IMG/VR virus record: IMGVR_UViG_3300046834_000025
Coordinates: 13,834 to 77,833 of that record
Source: a virus
DNA: 64,000 bases
Direction: 5' to 3' (one strand)
The notes under the pieces were generated by a model. The model was not told where the DNA came from. It was given only the letters and a program-made list of their open reading frames with translations, and made no database searches. Every line of letters begins with the position of its first letter. Position 1 is the stretch's first letter. The position numbers and the translations under genes were made by a program. This document shows positions 46,101 to 56,047 of the stretch, one piece after another.

Positions 46101-46419
46101 GAACCTCGATCGGTTCCTCTGCATCGATGATCGTGACCTCTGCGACCCATCGCTTTCCGGGTGCGCCACCGATGTCGGGAGAGACGTTGGTGCTCTCCTC
46201 CCAGGTCTCGATGAGCGGTGACTCGATGGTGATGGTGACGGCTTCGTCGTCGTTCTCTGTGACGATGAATGGACCTTCACTGCCAACCCAGACACGCTCA
46301 CCAGCAGAGATTTCTGCGAAGTCTAGCTCGAGGATCGTTGAACCAGAGGGCATGTCTACTGCCAGTGTGGGACCGATGTACTCCCACCTGACCTCGTTGA
46401 GAAGCCCTTCGATCGCCAC
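43129..46419 (-). CDS. large minor tail protein with three carbohydrate-binding-like modules
   Basis: NxxxNPS(F/I)ExDxxG modules x3; position in tail module. Confidence 0.8.
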   Translation of the reverse strand: MAIEGLLNEVRWEYIGPTLAVDMPSGSTILELDFAEISAGERVWVGSEGPFIVTENDDEAVTITIESPLIETWEESTNVSPDIGGAPGKRWVAEVTIIDAEEPIEVPLTIHDLAVMPEGPYEQPVTILISDDYQRVIDLPGAQPVISGEYIPPDSLPPAPTPSGGDGGNDIYRQDEPPWPDGTPDMPDNDLWYDTNDNMKPWVWDADNMIWVDASDPKVDEIIENAGDLVVGDSTLNEIAIKAAISGVTAIDAHNLANTADGRISISDYEPTAEDVLYYASSDGGNLLPDGLWRIVQAEILGSRSNLFPNPSFEIDTAGWSGVRAALTRVIPPVVRTPSARMQSGTAVAQLTNDGTANTHYLTLATANRIPVTVGQTITFSAYARLMSGIGGADYTATVWFYDSVGAIVGGVSISGAPVQLPADGTWVRPYVTAVVPATAVTVAPGVSSPSVANADVWQVDAALLEVAPGLDTYIEGTSTGGVARLTLDDVGGMTMPIGGLIVVTRVGAPYDGTWTVSSFSEVAPWTVSYHIAEAADPAHAVDGVGANTLIKGREPGSMWYTRTRARQNHCSNPSFELDLAGWTSTGTGTFTRELTDVSVPIPGTGTHDARALNTAAAELHSISWDGGIPGFPVSEGQSWAITVFARLESGSGVGSYVSLRYYDAAAGLVEHFNSPPVTLLTDEWVELKVAAPVPSGGIVAYLGGIQVVNPNASAVWRINAALIEQEEATGRYFDGDSYDAVWDGAPHASTSHLVGGKITAVYELYDGAWLPLDFTGSTQYDSDASDLTTGILDPDRIAYNSLPPYKLLTNSMRVSDAVRYGMLVNTWDNNGVFFVRPAQAGAMNLLPNPSIETDASGYIASNATIARSTSFAADGVASLLITPNGATVNSSAYIGVSAGMPSFLVPGRTYTISGTIRVANVQTGSLSAAARNIWVYITSPSNNGGVQYTVPGVAAANAVGTYRVSVTVTLPGDTTSALIRIFNGSNIPTELVYWDALMVEASSVLSPYHAGTIEPHEAHGFVLEDAEPGDAVPVFTLGYVPALVGLQPGLQFLQTQPGQIGTKNPNAVGQIVQQVGFASDETTFHFHPQQSYLLR

Positions 46420-47666
46420 TAGACAGCCGCACCTCCAGCCGTCTTCTCCCTGATCTTCGATCCGGCATATGTGGCCTTCTGGACCGTGACGCCTGCGCTC
46501 ACGATATTGGTGCGACCAATGGTCATGTTCCCGCCTGTGCCGAGTGGGATGCTGATGTTGTCGAACAGCACCTCACCGACACCCTGCGGGAGAACAAACT
46601 TGTCGTACACGTCCATGTGGAAGAACGGGATGATCTCGTAGGACTGGTCACCCTTGATGCCGGACGAGCCTTTCAGCGTGGAGATTGCGCGCTTGGTGAG
46701 CTCAGACGGCGTGTCCAGGTTGTCATCTTGAACCACGATCGGCAGATAGCGGTACTTCCCGTTGCGCCGGAGCGCGTACGCGCTCAACGGGTGAGAGCTA
46801 ACGAGTTGCGCCGTCGATACGCGTAGGGTTGAAAACGTGTAGTCGTCTGCGATCTTCTTCTCTGCCTTGGTGAGGTTGCGTTCCTCGATCTGGCGCTTCG
46901 AGGTTACTTTTGCGTAGTTCGAGAAGTCGGTGAATGATGTACTCGCACTAGGAAGAGCCAGCAAAGAGTTGACCACGACGGGATACTTCGCGGTGTTGGT
47001 CGGCTCACACGTTGCATAACCGTCTGCGGAGTAGTACGACCGCCAGCCCATCTCGCTACCTGCGATACGCCGGAACAGCTTCCACGGCGTCAGTGCGTCG
47101 TCGCCCATGCCCATCGCGTATACCTTGGAGGTTCGCTTGGTGGTCGTGGGGATACGAAACTTCTTCTCTCCCGTGGAACCGAGAATATCCAGGAGAGCAG
47201 AGCGGACGTTCGTACCAGCCTTGTAGGACTTCGGTAGTGTCCCGTGATGGGAGACAGCGGACTTGTCGTTGAGTTCGAGACCAACCTCTGCGCCTTCACG
47301 GCTTACGGCAGTCGGCAGGCCGACGAATACGGTCGTGTAGATGTTCTTGTTCAGCTTGGGGACAAAGATCATGTGCATGATGCGCAACAGGCGGTTCACC
47401 CACAGCACGCCATCGTCGTCTGTGGTGTAGCTGTTGCCGTAGCTGAGCCGACCCTCCGGGTCGCTGATCGTGATGCTGGCCGTTCGCAGCGGGCCGTCCT
47501 CACCAATCGTGAGGTTTACCTGTCCGTCCAGGAGCTCGAGCGTATCGACTTCTACCTCTTCGAGAGTCAGCACCTCCACCCACACCTTGAAGTCGTGGTC
47601 CGACTGCAAACGCTCATGATACGCCGCGCGCTCTGCGGCGTCCTTGAGAACGGGATAGGTCTGCAT
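46419..47666 (-). CDS. minor tail protein
   Basis: TAATG coupling; position after tape measure. Confidence 0.75.
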   Translation of the reverse strand: MQTYPVLKDAAERAAYHERLQSDHDFKVWVEVLTLEEVEVDTLELLDGQVNLTIGEDGPLRTASITISDPEGRLSYGNSYTTDDDGVLWVNRLLRIMHMIFVPKLNKNIYTTVFVGLPTAVSREGAEVGLELNDKSAVSHHGTLPKSYKAGTNVRSALLDILGSTGEKKFRIPTTTKRTSKVYAMGMGDDALTPWKLFRRIAGSEMGWRSYYSADGYATCEPTNTAKYPVVVNSLLALPSASTSFTDFSNYAKVTSKRQIEERNLTKAEKKIADDYTFSTLRVSTAQLVSSHPLSAYALRRNGKYRYLPIVVQDDNLDTPSELTKRAISTLKGSSGIKGDQSYEIIPFFHMDVYDKFVLPQGVGEVLFDNISIPLGTGGNMTIGRTNIVSAGVTVQKATYAGSKIREKTAGGAAV

Positions 47667-49471
47667 TAGGAGTTCGACAACCTCTCCCACCAGTTGAAGC
47701 TGATCAAGAGTCGGTCAGGACCGCAGTTCTCCGAGTAGAAGTCATCCACAGGTGAGTAGTCTCCGATGATGACTGACATGTTCACCTTGCCGAAGATGAG
47801 GCGGTACTTGCGTCCGCTGTCAGCCCGTGTCCAGTCGTCCAGAGTCTGCTCGTCCTGATCGAATACCAGGCCGGTGACGCTGCCAGCCCTGGTGGTACGC
47901 ATCAGCCTACGCCGGACGACCTCGATGCGGAGATCGCCGTGAACTGGTGCATGGAGAATCGCGCCTTCTTGTGTCTCCTGTTCGACAGTGGGGACATCGC
48001 CTGCGCCGAAGATCTCGATCTTCCTGCCATCGGTCGGATCAACAATCCAGACGCTCTGAGTCCATAGCTTCGCTGTCACGGTCGGGCCGTCGCCATCTAC
48101 GATGCCCGCGTTGCGAACCTTGACACGCCATGTGTGTTCGTGCCGGAGGTCTGCCGTGAAATCTGCGATGTTGGCGAAGTTCACGTTGTCCGGGAAGAAA
48201 ACCGAGCCAGGCGCCCACTTGTAGTTGACACCGGTTTCTGGATCCCAGATGTCTACCTGTACGTTGTCACGGAACAGGCTGATCTCGTCCGGGATGCCTT
48301 GTGTGCGTGTTCCTCTGAACACCGGGATAGGATCATTGAAGTCCATCGCGAGTGTCGAGACAGCGAGACCAGTTGTCGCGGAGATCGTTGTGAAGTCGTG
48401 CGAGACAGTAACCTCAGTCGGTGCATCATTGGCTGCGACCCGTGGAGCTACGTTGTCACGCACCCGGACTGTAACCCTGCCGATGCCGCCGGGAACCTTA
48501 ATGCCCTTCTGAGGATCCCATTCCTTGTCCGTGCCGCTCTTCAAGCCGCTGATGTCCTTGCGGACAGCACCCTCGTAAAGGGCTGCCTCCCATGCAGTCT
48601 GGGTGTCCGGCGTGACCGTCCAACGCACCGTGGGTTCGCCGTCCTGAGAGGTAGCAAGCGGAGAAGTGATCACGACAGCAGGCAGGCTCTTGTACGAGTA
48701 GTCGGCAAACTCGCTCCACTTGCTCTCACCCTCTGGTCCGTTGGTCATGGCACGCCAGAAGATGCCAGGCCCGCCGTCGATCAGGGCAGGGTTGGCACCA
48801 GGGTCCAGCACTGGGTCGTACATGCCGTCTGTGGCAGCCAGGAAGCCGGTGTCGTAGGTGATGTCCGCTGCGCTGCCCGTGGGGGAGAACTGGATGCGCT
48901 GCTGTGTCATGTCCTGGTCGCCTGCGAACTGCAGGACCGGCTCTGGCACGGAGACCGCTCCGCCGTCCGGCTTCAGACTCGTGGGCACCTTCGGGATGAT
49001 GGTGTAGGTGACCTCGACATACGGCTTGTTGACCGAGGCTGCAGAGCCCTTGATCCAGCCGTAGGAGTTCGTGTTGGTGCTGACGCGCAGGCCGTACCGT
49101 GGCCGAGTCTTCACCCAGTTGGTGATGTTGAGCGCGATCGCTGTTCCACTGACCGGACTCGGAATGGTGATGCCAGTGAGCTGAGAACCGTAGGTCGGCT
49201 GCGTCTTCCAGGTGACCTTACTGTTCCACGTCTTCGTGATCGGAAATGCATTGATGTGAAAAGGGTTCGCTGCAGCCTTGTGGAACCACATGCGCAAGAT
49301 AGCTGACGTGATCGTCGCGTCGGCAGGAATCACGTTGGTATCGAACTTGACCGACACCAAAATACGGTGCGTGTTGACCTTGTTCGGAAGCGCACCAGGA
49401 GAGCCGAAGGCGTAGGTAGGCTTGGGTGACTGGATGGAGTACGTAGAGACTGGAACTCGCACTACGGCCAT
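47666..49471 (-). CDS. minor tail protein
   Basis: directly after tape measure; IPADATITSAILR N-terminal domain. Confidence 0.75.
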   Translation of the reverse strand: MAVVRVPVSTYSIQSPKPTYAFGSPGALPNKVNTHRILVSVKFDTNVIPADATITSAILRMWFHKAAANPFHINAFPITKTWNSKVTWKTQPTYGSQLTGITIPSPVSGTAIALNITNWVKTRPRYGLRVSTNTNSYGWIKGSAASVNKPYVEVTYTIIPKVPTSLKPDGGAVSVPEPVLQFAGDQDMTQQRIQFSPTGSAADITYDTGFLAATDGMYDPVLDPGANPALIDGGPGIFWRAMTNGPEGESKWSEFADYSYKSLPAVVITSPLATSQDGEPTVRWTVTPDTQTAWEAALYEGAVRKDISGLKSGTDKEWDPQKGIKVPGGIGRVTVRVRDNVAPRVAANDAPTEVTVSHDFTTISATTGLAVSTLAMDFNDPIPVFRGTRTQGIPDEISLFRDNVQVDIWDPETGVNYKWAPGSVFFPDNVNFANIADFTADLRHEHTWRVKVRNAGIVDGDGPTVTAKLWTQSVWIVDPTDGRKIEIFGAGDVPTVEQETQEGAILHAPVHGDLRIEVVRRRLMRTTRAGSVTGLVFDQDEQTLDDWTRADSGRKYRLIFGKVNMSVIIGDYSPVDDFYSENCGPDRLLISFNWWERLSNS

Positions 49472-49472
49472 G

Positions 49473-52043
49473 TCAGAACCCCCGCCATTCGAGCGAGTCT
49501 CGCGCACTGATTCGCTTGTCTGCAACCTCAGTGACATACGCCACGAAGTCTCTCGCACCGATGCGCAGGATCACAGTCTTCGGCAGTCTGCTTTCGTTCT
49601 GCGCCATGCCCCTACTCTCCTGATTGGAGTGGACACGGCTGCCACGTGGCAAGGTCACGATCTCTGGCCCCTTCTCTCCGACCAGGGCTGCGCCACCTGG
49701 AGCCACACCACCAGTGGCGAACGAGGGGATCGTGAACTTGAGCGGTCCCTTGCCGATGGTTCGAGGCAGGCCCAGCATGCTGTTGATGGCACTGCGGATC
49801 TTGCCCACGATGTCAGAGGCGAAACCGCCTGCGGCAGAGAAGCCGTCCTTGATCCCCTGGATCACCTTGCCGCCCAGTTCAGTCCCAGCATGGAGGAAAG
49901 ATGATGCCATGCCAGCGATCTTACCAGGTAGGCCCTTGATGAAGTTCACGACCGTGCGAATGCCATTCTGTACCGTTCGACTCAGACCGCTGATAGCGAA
50001 TCGTGCGCCAGCCACCAGGTTGGTCCAGACAGTAGAGACAAAGCTTTGGATGGCCCTGAAGCCGTTACGGAAGAGGCCACGTATGAAACTGATGCCGCCG
50101 CTGATAACTCGCCGGATGACCGACCAAGCAACGCGGATCACTCGCACGATCACATTGAAGACAGTCGTGATGATTGTTCGGTAGACAGTAAAGTACGTGC
50201 GAATGATAGTACCGATGACACGCACGGCACCGGAGAAGACACGGCTGATGATGCGCCACCCAACACGGATGACAGTCATGATAATTCGCATGACGGTGCT
50301 GACTGTGCCTTGAATGACGCGGAATTGGCTAGTGATGATGCGAGTGATGATACGCATCACAGGTGGAATGATACGGATAAGTCCACGGAAGACGAGAGCC
50401 ACTCCACGGAACAAGACACGGAAAGCTGGACCCAGGATGCGAGTCAGGAATTGGCCTAGGTTGACTAGTGGCGCAAGGAATCTCCCGATGTAGGGAATCA
50501 ACCGAACGAACCCGCCTGCCAGTCCTTGTGGACCAAGCGAGAGAATGAGAGTGGCGATGATCGGTGCGAATTTCTTAAGGATCGGACCAAGGATTTTCGA
50601 CAGGAAGCCTACGACCGGCGTAAGAATAGAAGCAATGGTGCCGACCATGCCGAGAGCTTGTTTGACGATCTGACCGATAACGGCTCCAACCCCGCTGAGC
50701 AGGGGAGCCATTGCAGCGACCAGACCAGCGATCTTGGGTCCGTTCTCCTTTAGGGCTTCACCGATGGTCTTGAGGACAGGAGCCAGAGCAGACTTGATAA
50801 CGCCAGAGACGGTTGAGATGATTGGCATCAGGCTCTCGAAGATCGAAAGGAAGCCACCGACGATGGCAGGGTCGAACAGCTTCTTGACGAAGGGAATGAT
50901 CGGCTTCAGGATGCGACCGAGAGTCTTGAAGGCTTCGACACTAGTGGTGATCCAGCCTGAGATCTTCTCTTGCCCGCCAACACTTTCAGTGAACTTGCGG
51001 AACTTGAGAGATAGGTCCTCAAAGGTCTTCATCAGACCATCGCCCTCTTTGGCCCCCAATCCAAAGACGTTGATTAGACCGATACCGAGGTTCTTGATGA
51101 CGCCCCACAGATATCCGGCTGAGACGAATGCTCTGTCCATAAAGTCTCTGATCTTGCCAACTGTTCCAGGAGCCGATGCCCAAGCACCAAACTGCTTGCC
51201 CGCCTTCGCGATGATCCCAGCCAGCCGCTGTCCGGAAGGCATGAGCGCGTTCATCACGTTGAGAATACCCTTGAAGACTGGGACGGCTGCCGTCCCCAGG
51301 GTCTTGATGATCTTGGTGTTACCAGACATGATGGTAGCGAGAGACTTTGTAGTCTTCGCCGTTGAAGCGAATCGAAGAAGGCTTGAGATGATGCCGTTGA
51401 CTGCCGTACCCGTTGCACCAAGCTGTGTCTTGAGCATCGGCAGCAGATTCGTTCCAAGGGCTTTGAAGTTCTTGTCCAGGCCCTTGAAGACGTTCTCCTG
51501 CACCGTTTTCTGCATGTCCTTGAAACTCTTGCCTAGGCCGGACATGGCCTTCACGGCAGAGCGTGTATTTGGGCCAAGCGCCTTGAGAGCCTTCTCATCT
51601 CCCTTGAGTGCCTTACCAAGACCCTTGAAGGCGATCATGGCCACAACGCCGGTCTGCGCCAGCGCGCCGACCACATTCACGAGAGATGCAGCAGAGGCTA
51701 GGCCCTGGCCGATCGAGCCGACCAGGGCCGTGATCACTCCAGCGAGAGCCGAAGCACTAGAGGTGATGAGTGGAAGCAGGGCACCGAGAGCCGGAATCTT
51801 GAGCTTAGCCAAGCCAGAGAACATGCTTGACATTTCCTTCTTGACTCCGCCTTGCGCCTTCTTCAGCCGCCTGCGAAAGCCTCTGACGAAGCCACCGCCC
51901 ATGTCGTCGCCAGCGCGCTCACCCTCGTCGTTAGCCGACCGACGCCCACGGCGACCACCTCGCCGGATTTCCTCATCAATCTCATCCGGGATTTGGTCGC
52001 CGTTGATGTGGAGGTCCACATAGGCATCAGCGATGGAGGCCAT
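49473..52043 (-). CDS. tape measure protein
   Basis: IADAYV start, amphipathic repeats, FATGG...LVGEKGPE...LPRGS end. Confidence 0.92.
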   Translation of the reverse strand: MASIADAYVDLHINGDQIPDEIDEEIRRGGRRGRRSANDEGERAGDDMGGGFVRGFRRRLKKAQGGVKKEMSSMFSGLAKLKIPALGALLPLITSSASALAGVITALVGSIGQGLASAASLVNVVGALAQTGVVAMIAFKGLGKALKGDEKALKALGPNTRSAVKAMSGLGKSFKDMQKTVQENVFKGLDKNFKALGTNLLPMLKTQLGATGTAVNGIISSLLRFASTAKTTKSLATIMSGNTKIIKTLGTAAVPVFKGILNVMNALMPSGQRLAGIIAKAGKQFGAWASAPGTVGKIRDFMDRAFVSAGYLWGVIKNLGIGLINVFGLGAKEGDGLMKTFEDLSLKFRKFTESVGGQEKISGWITTSVEAFKTLGRILKPIIPFVKKLFDPAIVGGFLSIFESLMPIISTVSGVIKSALAPVLKTIGEALKENGPKIAGLVAAMAPLLSGVGAVIGQIVKQALGMVGTIASILTPVVGFLSKILGPILKKFAPIIATLILSLGPQGLAGGFVRLIPYIGRFLAPLVNLGQFLTRILGPAFRVLFRGVALVFRGLIRIIPPVMRIITRIITSQFRVIQGTVSTVMRIIMTVIRVGWRIISRVFSGAVRVIGTIIRTYFTVYRTIITTVFNVIVRVIRVAWSVIRRVISGGISFIRGLFRNGFRAIQSFVSTVWTNLVAGARFAISGLSRTVQNGIRTVVNFIKGLPGKIAGMASSFLHAGTELGGKVIQGIKDGFSAAGGFASDIVGKIRSAINSMLGLPRTIGKGPLKFTIPSFATGGVAPGGAALVGEKGPEIVTLPRGSRVHSNQESRGMAQNESRLPKTVILRIGARDFVAYVTEVADKRISARDSLEWRGF

Positions 52044-52656
52044 CAGTCTCTACCTCCCAACGCGGCTGCGAGTCCATGCAGCGCAGACTCTTCGTTCTCC
52101 TTCGACCACGGGGAGGACTGAACGATCGCCGCAGTGGGCCGCTTTGCACGAGTACGAGCATCCGGCATGTTCAGCCGGATGTCGAACTTGTCCTTCTCCT
52201 TATCCTCTGCGTCTTCGGTTGCCCAGAAGTAGACCAGATTCAGGAAGCGGTTGAACGGCAATGCCATCGGGTCCACTCCCTTCGATGCTGTCCAGCCGTC
52301 AAACGTGGGCCAGTTCTGCTCTGCGAGTCCGACCAGGCGACTCGCTACGTAGTAGGGCGTCCGCTGACTGCCTCCACCAGTCCTTCGACGATCTCTTCTA
52401 GAGTTGGGATGTCGAAGTCATCCTTGGGATCACGGAGACGAGCCTCCATGTGTGCCCTGTCGTCTTCGGACATGCCCGTGTCGAGCCAGGCAAACGCCGC
52501 TCGCGCAGCTTCCATGTCGCTGTCCGCGTCCAGCATCGGCAGGACCATTGCAGCCTGCTTCGGCGGGACGAACGAGTACACGTGTTCGTCACCCTCGAGA
52601 TCGAAGGTGATGGTGTCCGTGACTCGCTTTGCAACCTTGAACGAGAGATCAGCCAT
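52043..52656 (-). CDS. tail assembly chaperone with -1 frameshift extension (short form 52345-52656)
   Basis: short ORF ends SGRPTT; overlapping -1 frame continues YYVASRL...PFNRFLNLVYFW up to the tape measure start. Confidence 0.8.
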
Positions 52657-52668
52657 GTTAGTCGCCCC

Positions 52669-53625
52669 TCACCAGGTCGTAACGCGGGTCTCGGATTTGG
52701 TGATGGTCAGTTCGGAGTCCGCGAAGCCCTGCACGCGGAGCCACTGACCCTTACTGAGGTAACCCTGCGCTGAGTAGGCGAAGTGCTGCGGGCCAGTGTC
52801 AGTCGCGCCGTACTGCGCGATCGGGTGTGAGGCAACAGCGTTGTCGGCGTCACCCTCCGTGTTGACGGCGCGGATCATGACGCTCCGACCGGCAGGATAC
52901 GGGTCGGTCGTGATCGCGAAGTCGAGGATGAAGTGGCACGGCCCGGTCACGATCCCGAACTGCGCGTCAGCAGTCGGCTCATCCAGCCGGAGCTTGAGCC
53001 ACTTGCCAGGTGTGAGCTTCTGCTCCTGCGCGCTACTGATCCTCTTCTGTTCCGCCATGAATCCGTCCTCCTGGTCCGGGTTGCTCATGTAGTCCTTGAC
53101 CAACTTGCGGATGGAATCACCGGACAGCCCACCCGTGTCCCATTTGCCTGTGGTGCTGGTCTCCTCGTGCCTTGTGGCCCAAGTGTGATCGTGCCCGAAC
53201 CGCTTCAACACGGCTGCACTAGCCCGTGTAGCAGCGTCCTTCTGTGCCGCCGACATCGGTTGCGTTCCGTCGTAGTCGATCTCGAAACCGACCATCTGGT
53301 CGTTGCCGTCTCGGCTCGACGTGTACGGTCCCCACCCACTGTGATTGCCTGCGTGGTTGGCTCGACCGGCTGCGATCACGTGACACACGCCGTCATACCC
53401 GATCAGCACCTGGCACAACGGTCCCGGCAGGTCGCTCCGACCGTTGATGCAGGTGTTCAGAGTCGGATGCGGGTTGCTGGCACTCGATGTAGAGCCGGTG
53501 TGATGCCAGCACGGGCCGTCCGGGTCGAACGCGCCGTCCCGACCACGAGCCTTCCAGTTGCCCTCTTCCTTGACCTTGCAACCCTCAGCGCGAAGGGCAT
53601 CAGCCAGCCAGTCGAGGTCACTCAT
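52669..53625 (-). CDS. endolysin, N-acetylmuramoyl-L-alanine amidase
   Basis: WHHTG, AAGRANHAG, GFEID, RHEE...KWD. Confidence 0.88.
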   Translation of the reverse strand: MSDLDWLADALRAEGCKVKEEGNWKARGRDGAFDPDGPCWHHTGSTSSASNPHPTLNTCINGRSDLPGPLCQVLIGYDGVCHVIAAGRANHAGNHSGWGPYTSSRDGNDQMVGFEIDYDGTQPMSAAQKDAATRASAAVLKRFGHDHTWATRHEETSTTGKWDTGGLSGDSIRKLVKDYMSNPDQEDGFMAEQKRISSAQEQKLTPGKWLKLRLDEPTADAQFGIVTGPCHFILDFAITTDPYPAGRSVMIRAVNTEGDADNAVASHPIAQYGATDTGPQHFAYSAQGYLSKGQWLRVQGFADSELTITKSETRVTTW

Positions 53626-53879
53626 TGGGGCACCTCGGGAAACAGCCGGTCGCGCACGTCTTTGACCGTGAGAGTGGGATTTTCCTCGCCGGTGTCCTCG
53701 ATCAGATCCTCGAGGTAGTGTTCGATCCGGTTCACGATCACCCGTTCGCGGGCATCGCGGATGGCAACGACAGCGCGTGCCACCTGCGTCCAGTCGCCGC
53801 CCGACTCAGTCCAGACCTGGATCAGCTTCCTTCGGATGACCTCGTTCTGGCCATCCTCGAAGCCCTCTTCAGCCGCCAT
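53622..53879 (-). CDS. hypothetical protein
   Basis: coupled at both ends. Confidence 0.6.
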   Translation of the reverse strand: MAAEEGFEDGQNEVIRRKLIQVWTESGGDWTQVARAVVAIRDARERVIVNRIEHYLEDLIEDTGEENPTLTVKDVRDRLFPEVPQ

Positions 53880-54007
53880 CAGCGAGGCACCTGCTCAGCA
53901 GGCGCAGCGGGCGTCGGCGTGCTCGCGCCTTTGCTCGCCGCCGAGGCTGGAGGTCTTGCCTCCTCGGGTCTCGTCCGGCGACTCTTGTTTCCGCAGTTGC
54001 AGCCCAT
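53879..54007 (-). CDS. 42-aa MGCNCG-type small protein
   Basis: MGCNCGNKSRR start, AGGGA RBS. Confidence 0.55.
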   Translation of the reverse strand: MGCNCGNKSRRTRPEEARPPASAASKGASTPTPAAPAEQVPR

Positions 54008-54070
54008 GATTCCCTACCCACCCTTCTCAGGGGTCCGTGAAGACCCTCCTTGACCCTATTGTACCCCGGA

Positions 54071-54463
54071 TCAGAGAAAGTCATTCGGAGTGAACTCGTC
54101 GATTGCACGCTCGAGGTACCTCACTGCCGGAACACCTCTAGTGCTCCTCGTACGAATGAGATGACCACGGTACATGAACACGAGGAAGGGAGCCCGCCTC
54201 GCGTGGATCGGCCCGGTGCCCTTCTCTTGAATGATCGCGTAGGGCACCGAGCTACCGATCTTCCACGTGATCTTCGTCGGTGTCTGCTCTGAGATCACGC
54301 TGACGATACTGTTGCGCAGCAGGCCGGTCCTGACTGGTGCGTAGCCCTTGGCACGATCGCGGATGCGACCAGCTCCACGAGCTACTGCGACACCAATCTC
54401 TCCTGCAGGAGACATCATGAGTGCGAGCACTTCTGGATGGAAGACAACTCGAGTCCGAGGCAT
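54071..54463 (-). CDS. HK97 gp10-like head-tail completion protein
   Basis: APVRTGLLRNSI, YAIIQEKGT, RYLERA. Confidence 0.8.
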   Translation of the reverse strand: MPRTRVVFHPEVLALMMSPAGEIGVAVARGAGRIRDRAKGYAPVRTGLLRNSIVSVISEQTPTKITWKIGSSVPYAIIQEKGTGPIHARRAPFLVFMYRGHLIRTRSTRGVPAVRYLERAIDEFTPNDFL

Positions 54464-54978
54464 CAGCAACCCCTACACATGAGCAGGCGGAAGCTCAACG
54501 TCCAGGCCCAGCCTCCACATCCTCCCTCTGGCCCAAGAGGAGAGCCGCTTTCGATTCTGAGGCTCTTCCAGTTCACGAACTTCGACCAGGTGCCTGGCTC
54601 GTCGTTCCAGGTTCGGATCGTTTGCAGGAGGATATCAGCATCCTTCGCCTGTCCTCGTGCATCCGTGAGCATTTCCTCTGGCGTTGGCGGAACGTAATCT
54701 TCGCCCTCTTCATCCAGATTGTGACGACATCTGATGACGCCTACCTCAGCCCGCACCAGGAGATCGGTGATGTCGCAGGGCTGCGAGGGTGTAGGTTGAG
54801 GCGTGATGAGGACGACACGGACCCATAGCTGCCCACCAGCATCCGCTTCGCACCCACAGTCGTCCCAGGCGACCGCCCCTGCCACGTAGACGACCCGGCT
54901 GACAGGACGCTGGCACACCGTCAGTGCAGCGTCACTCTTGGCCAACAGGGCTTCCAAGACAGGGCTGACGGTGTCCAT
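54463..54978 (-). CDS. tail terminator-like connector
   Basis: AWDDC, QLWVR, VIRC, GPEGGCGG; synteny. Confidence 0.65.
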   Translation of the reverse strand: MDTVSPVLEALLAKSDAALTVCQRPVSRVVYVAGAVAWDDCGCEADAGGQLWVRVVLITPQPTPSQPCDITDLLVRAEVGVIRCRHNLDEEGEDYVPPTPEEMLTDARGQAKDADILLQTIRTWNDEPGTWSKFVNWKSLRIESGSPLGPEGGCGGWAWTLSFRLLMCRGC

Positions 54979-54984
54979 GAGCCT

Positions 54985-56046
54985 CTACCTCCGTGAGCCA
55001 ACGATGGACGGCGCGTGGAGGATCCTCGCGGCGGAGGACGTGAGGTTGGTCGTGTTGCCTCGCAGGACAAGGAGCGCACGCAGGATCGAGTTCTCGGCGA
55101 TGTTGTCCTCTGGCGCGAACGGGTCTTGCCACGCACCGCTCACAGCGTCGTCCAGGGATGAGTAGATGCGCTGGCCGTACTGGATGCGCACGATGCCAGA
55201 GGCGAACAGGCTCACGCGCTGCACGGAGAACTGTGCGGAGGTAACCGTGGTCAAGGTGCCGTTGTTGTCCCATCTCGCAGGGTCGAGAATCGTCCTGTCA
55301 GCACCGAACTCGTTCACGCGGTCTCGGTAGCGGAACGACACGAGAGGCTGTGCCGGGAGCGTCACCTGGTGTGGCGAGAACGGATCCGATGAGACACCTG
55401 CCTTGAACATCGAGCCTGCGCTCATGGAGAGCGAGAGAGGCCCACCAGGAGTGAAGATCAGACCGTCTCGCCGGATCGGGCCGATTGCAGAGAATAGGTC
55501 GTAGAGTTGCGAGAGTACACTGTTGCCGACCTGCGCACCGGAGTCGACACCGTTGATCGTGCTCTTGTTCGAGTGCACGACCAGGCCCAGAGGCACGATC
55601 TGCCGTCGCTGCATGTCGGTCGGCGGGTTGGTGTGCTGGATGACGTGTCCGTTGACCGTCAGGCTGACGTAGGTCACCAACTGGTTGGCGATCTCTGTGA
55701 CTGCGATGCCGGTCTTCGCAGGCACAGTGACGATCTGCTGTGAGGTGTTTCGCGGGTCGGTGATGTCGTCGTAGACCACCAAGGTGGCCTCAGAAACATC
55801 GAACTTGGTGTCGTCGGTCGCGTTGACAGAAAGTTGCCCTCCGGCCACGATCGACGTACCGAGGTACATCGGACGTGCTGATGGGACGGCGTAGGCTAGC
55901 ATGTCCCATGTAGTCTCGCCGTCGCCGATCTTGAACCGGCCCGTGTCATCCTCAACGCCGATGACCGCGATCGGCACGACAGGGTTGTCGTTCGCCCATG
56001 TCGCGGCGCTCGCGTGCATCTGAGTCAGGTACCCACCCTGTATCAC
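54985..56046 (-). CDS. fibre-like virion protein with Mtd/hyaluronidase-type N-terminal domain
   Basis: WANDNPV...IGVEDDTGRFKIGDGETTW.LAY. Confidence 0.7.
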   Translation of the reverse strand: MIQGGYLTQMHASAATWANDNPVVPIAVIGVEDDTGRFKIGDGETTWDMLAYAVPSARPMYLGTSIVAGGQLSVNATDDTKFDVSEATLVVYDDITDPRNTSQQIVTVPAKTGIAVTEIANQLVTYVSLTVNGHVIQHTNPPTDMQRRQIVPLGLVVHSNKSTINGVDSGAQVGNSVLSQLYDLFSAIGPIRRDGLIFTPGGPLSLSMSAGSMFKAGVSSDPFSPHQVTLPAQPLVSFRYRDRVNEFGADRTILDPARWDNNGTLTTVTSAQFSVQRVSLFASGIVRIQYGQRIYSSLDDAVSGAWQDPFAPEDNIAENSILRALLVLRGNTTNLTSSAARILHAPSIVGSRR

Positions 56047-56047
56047 T

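Noticed and set aside
54985-56046. Diversity-generating retroelement suggested by the Mtd-like N-terminus
   Set aside because: No reverse transcriptase or template/variable repeat pair seen in the window
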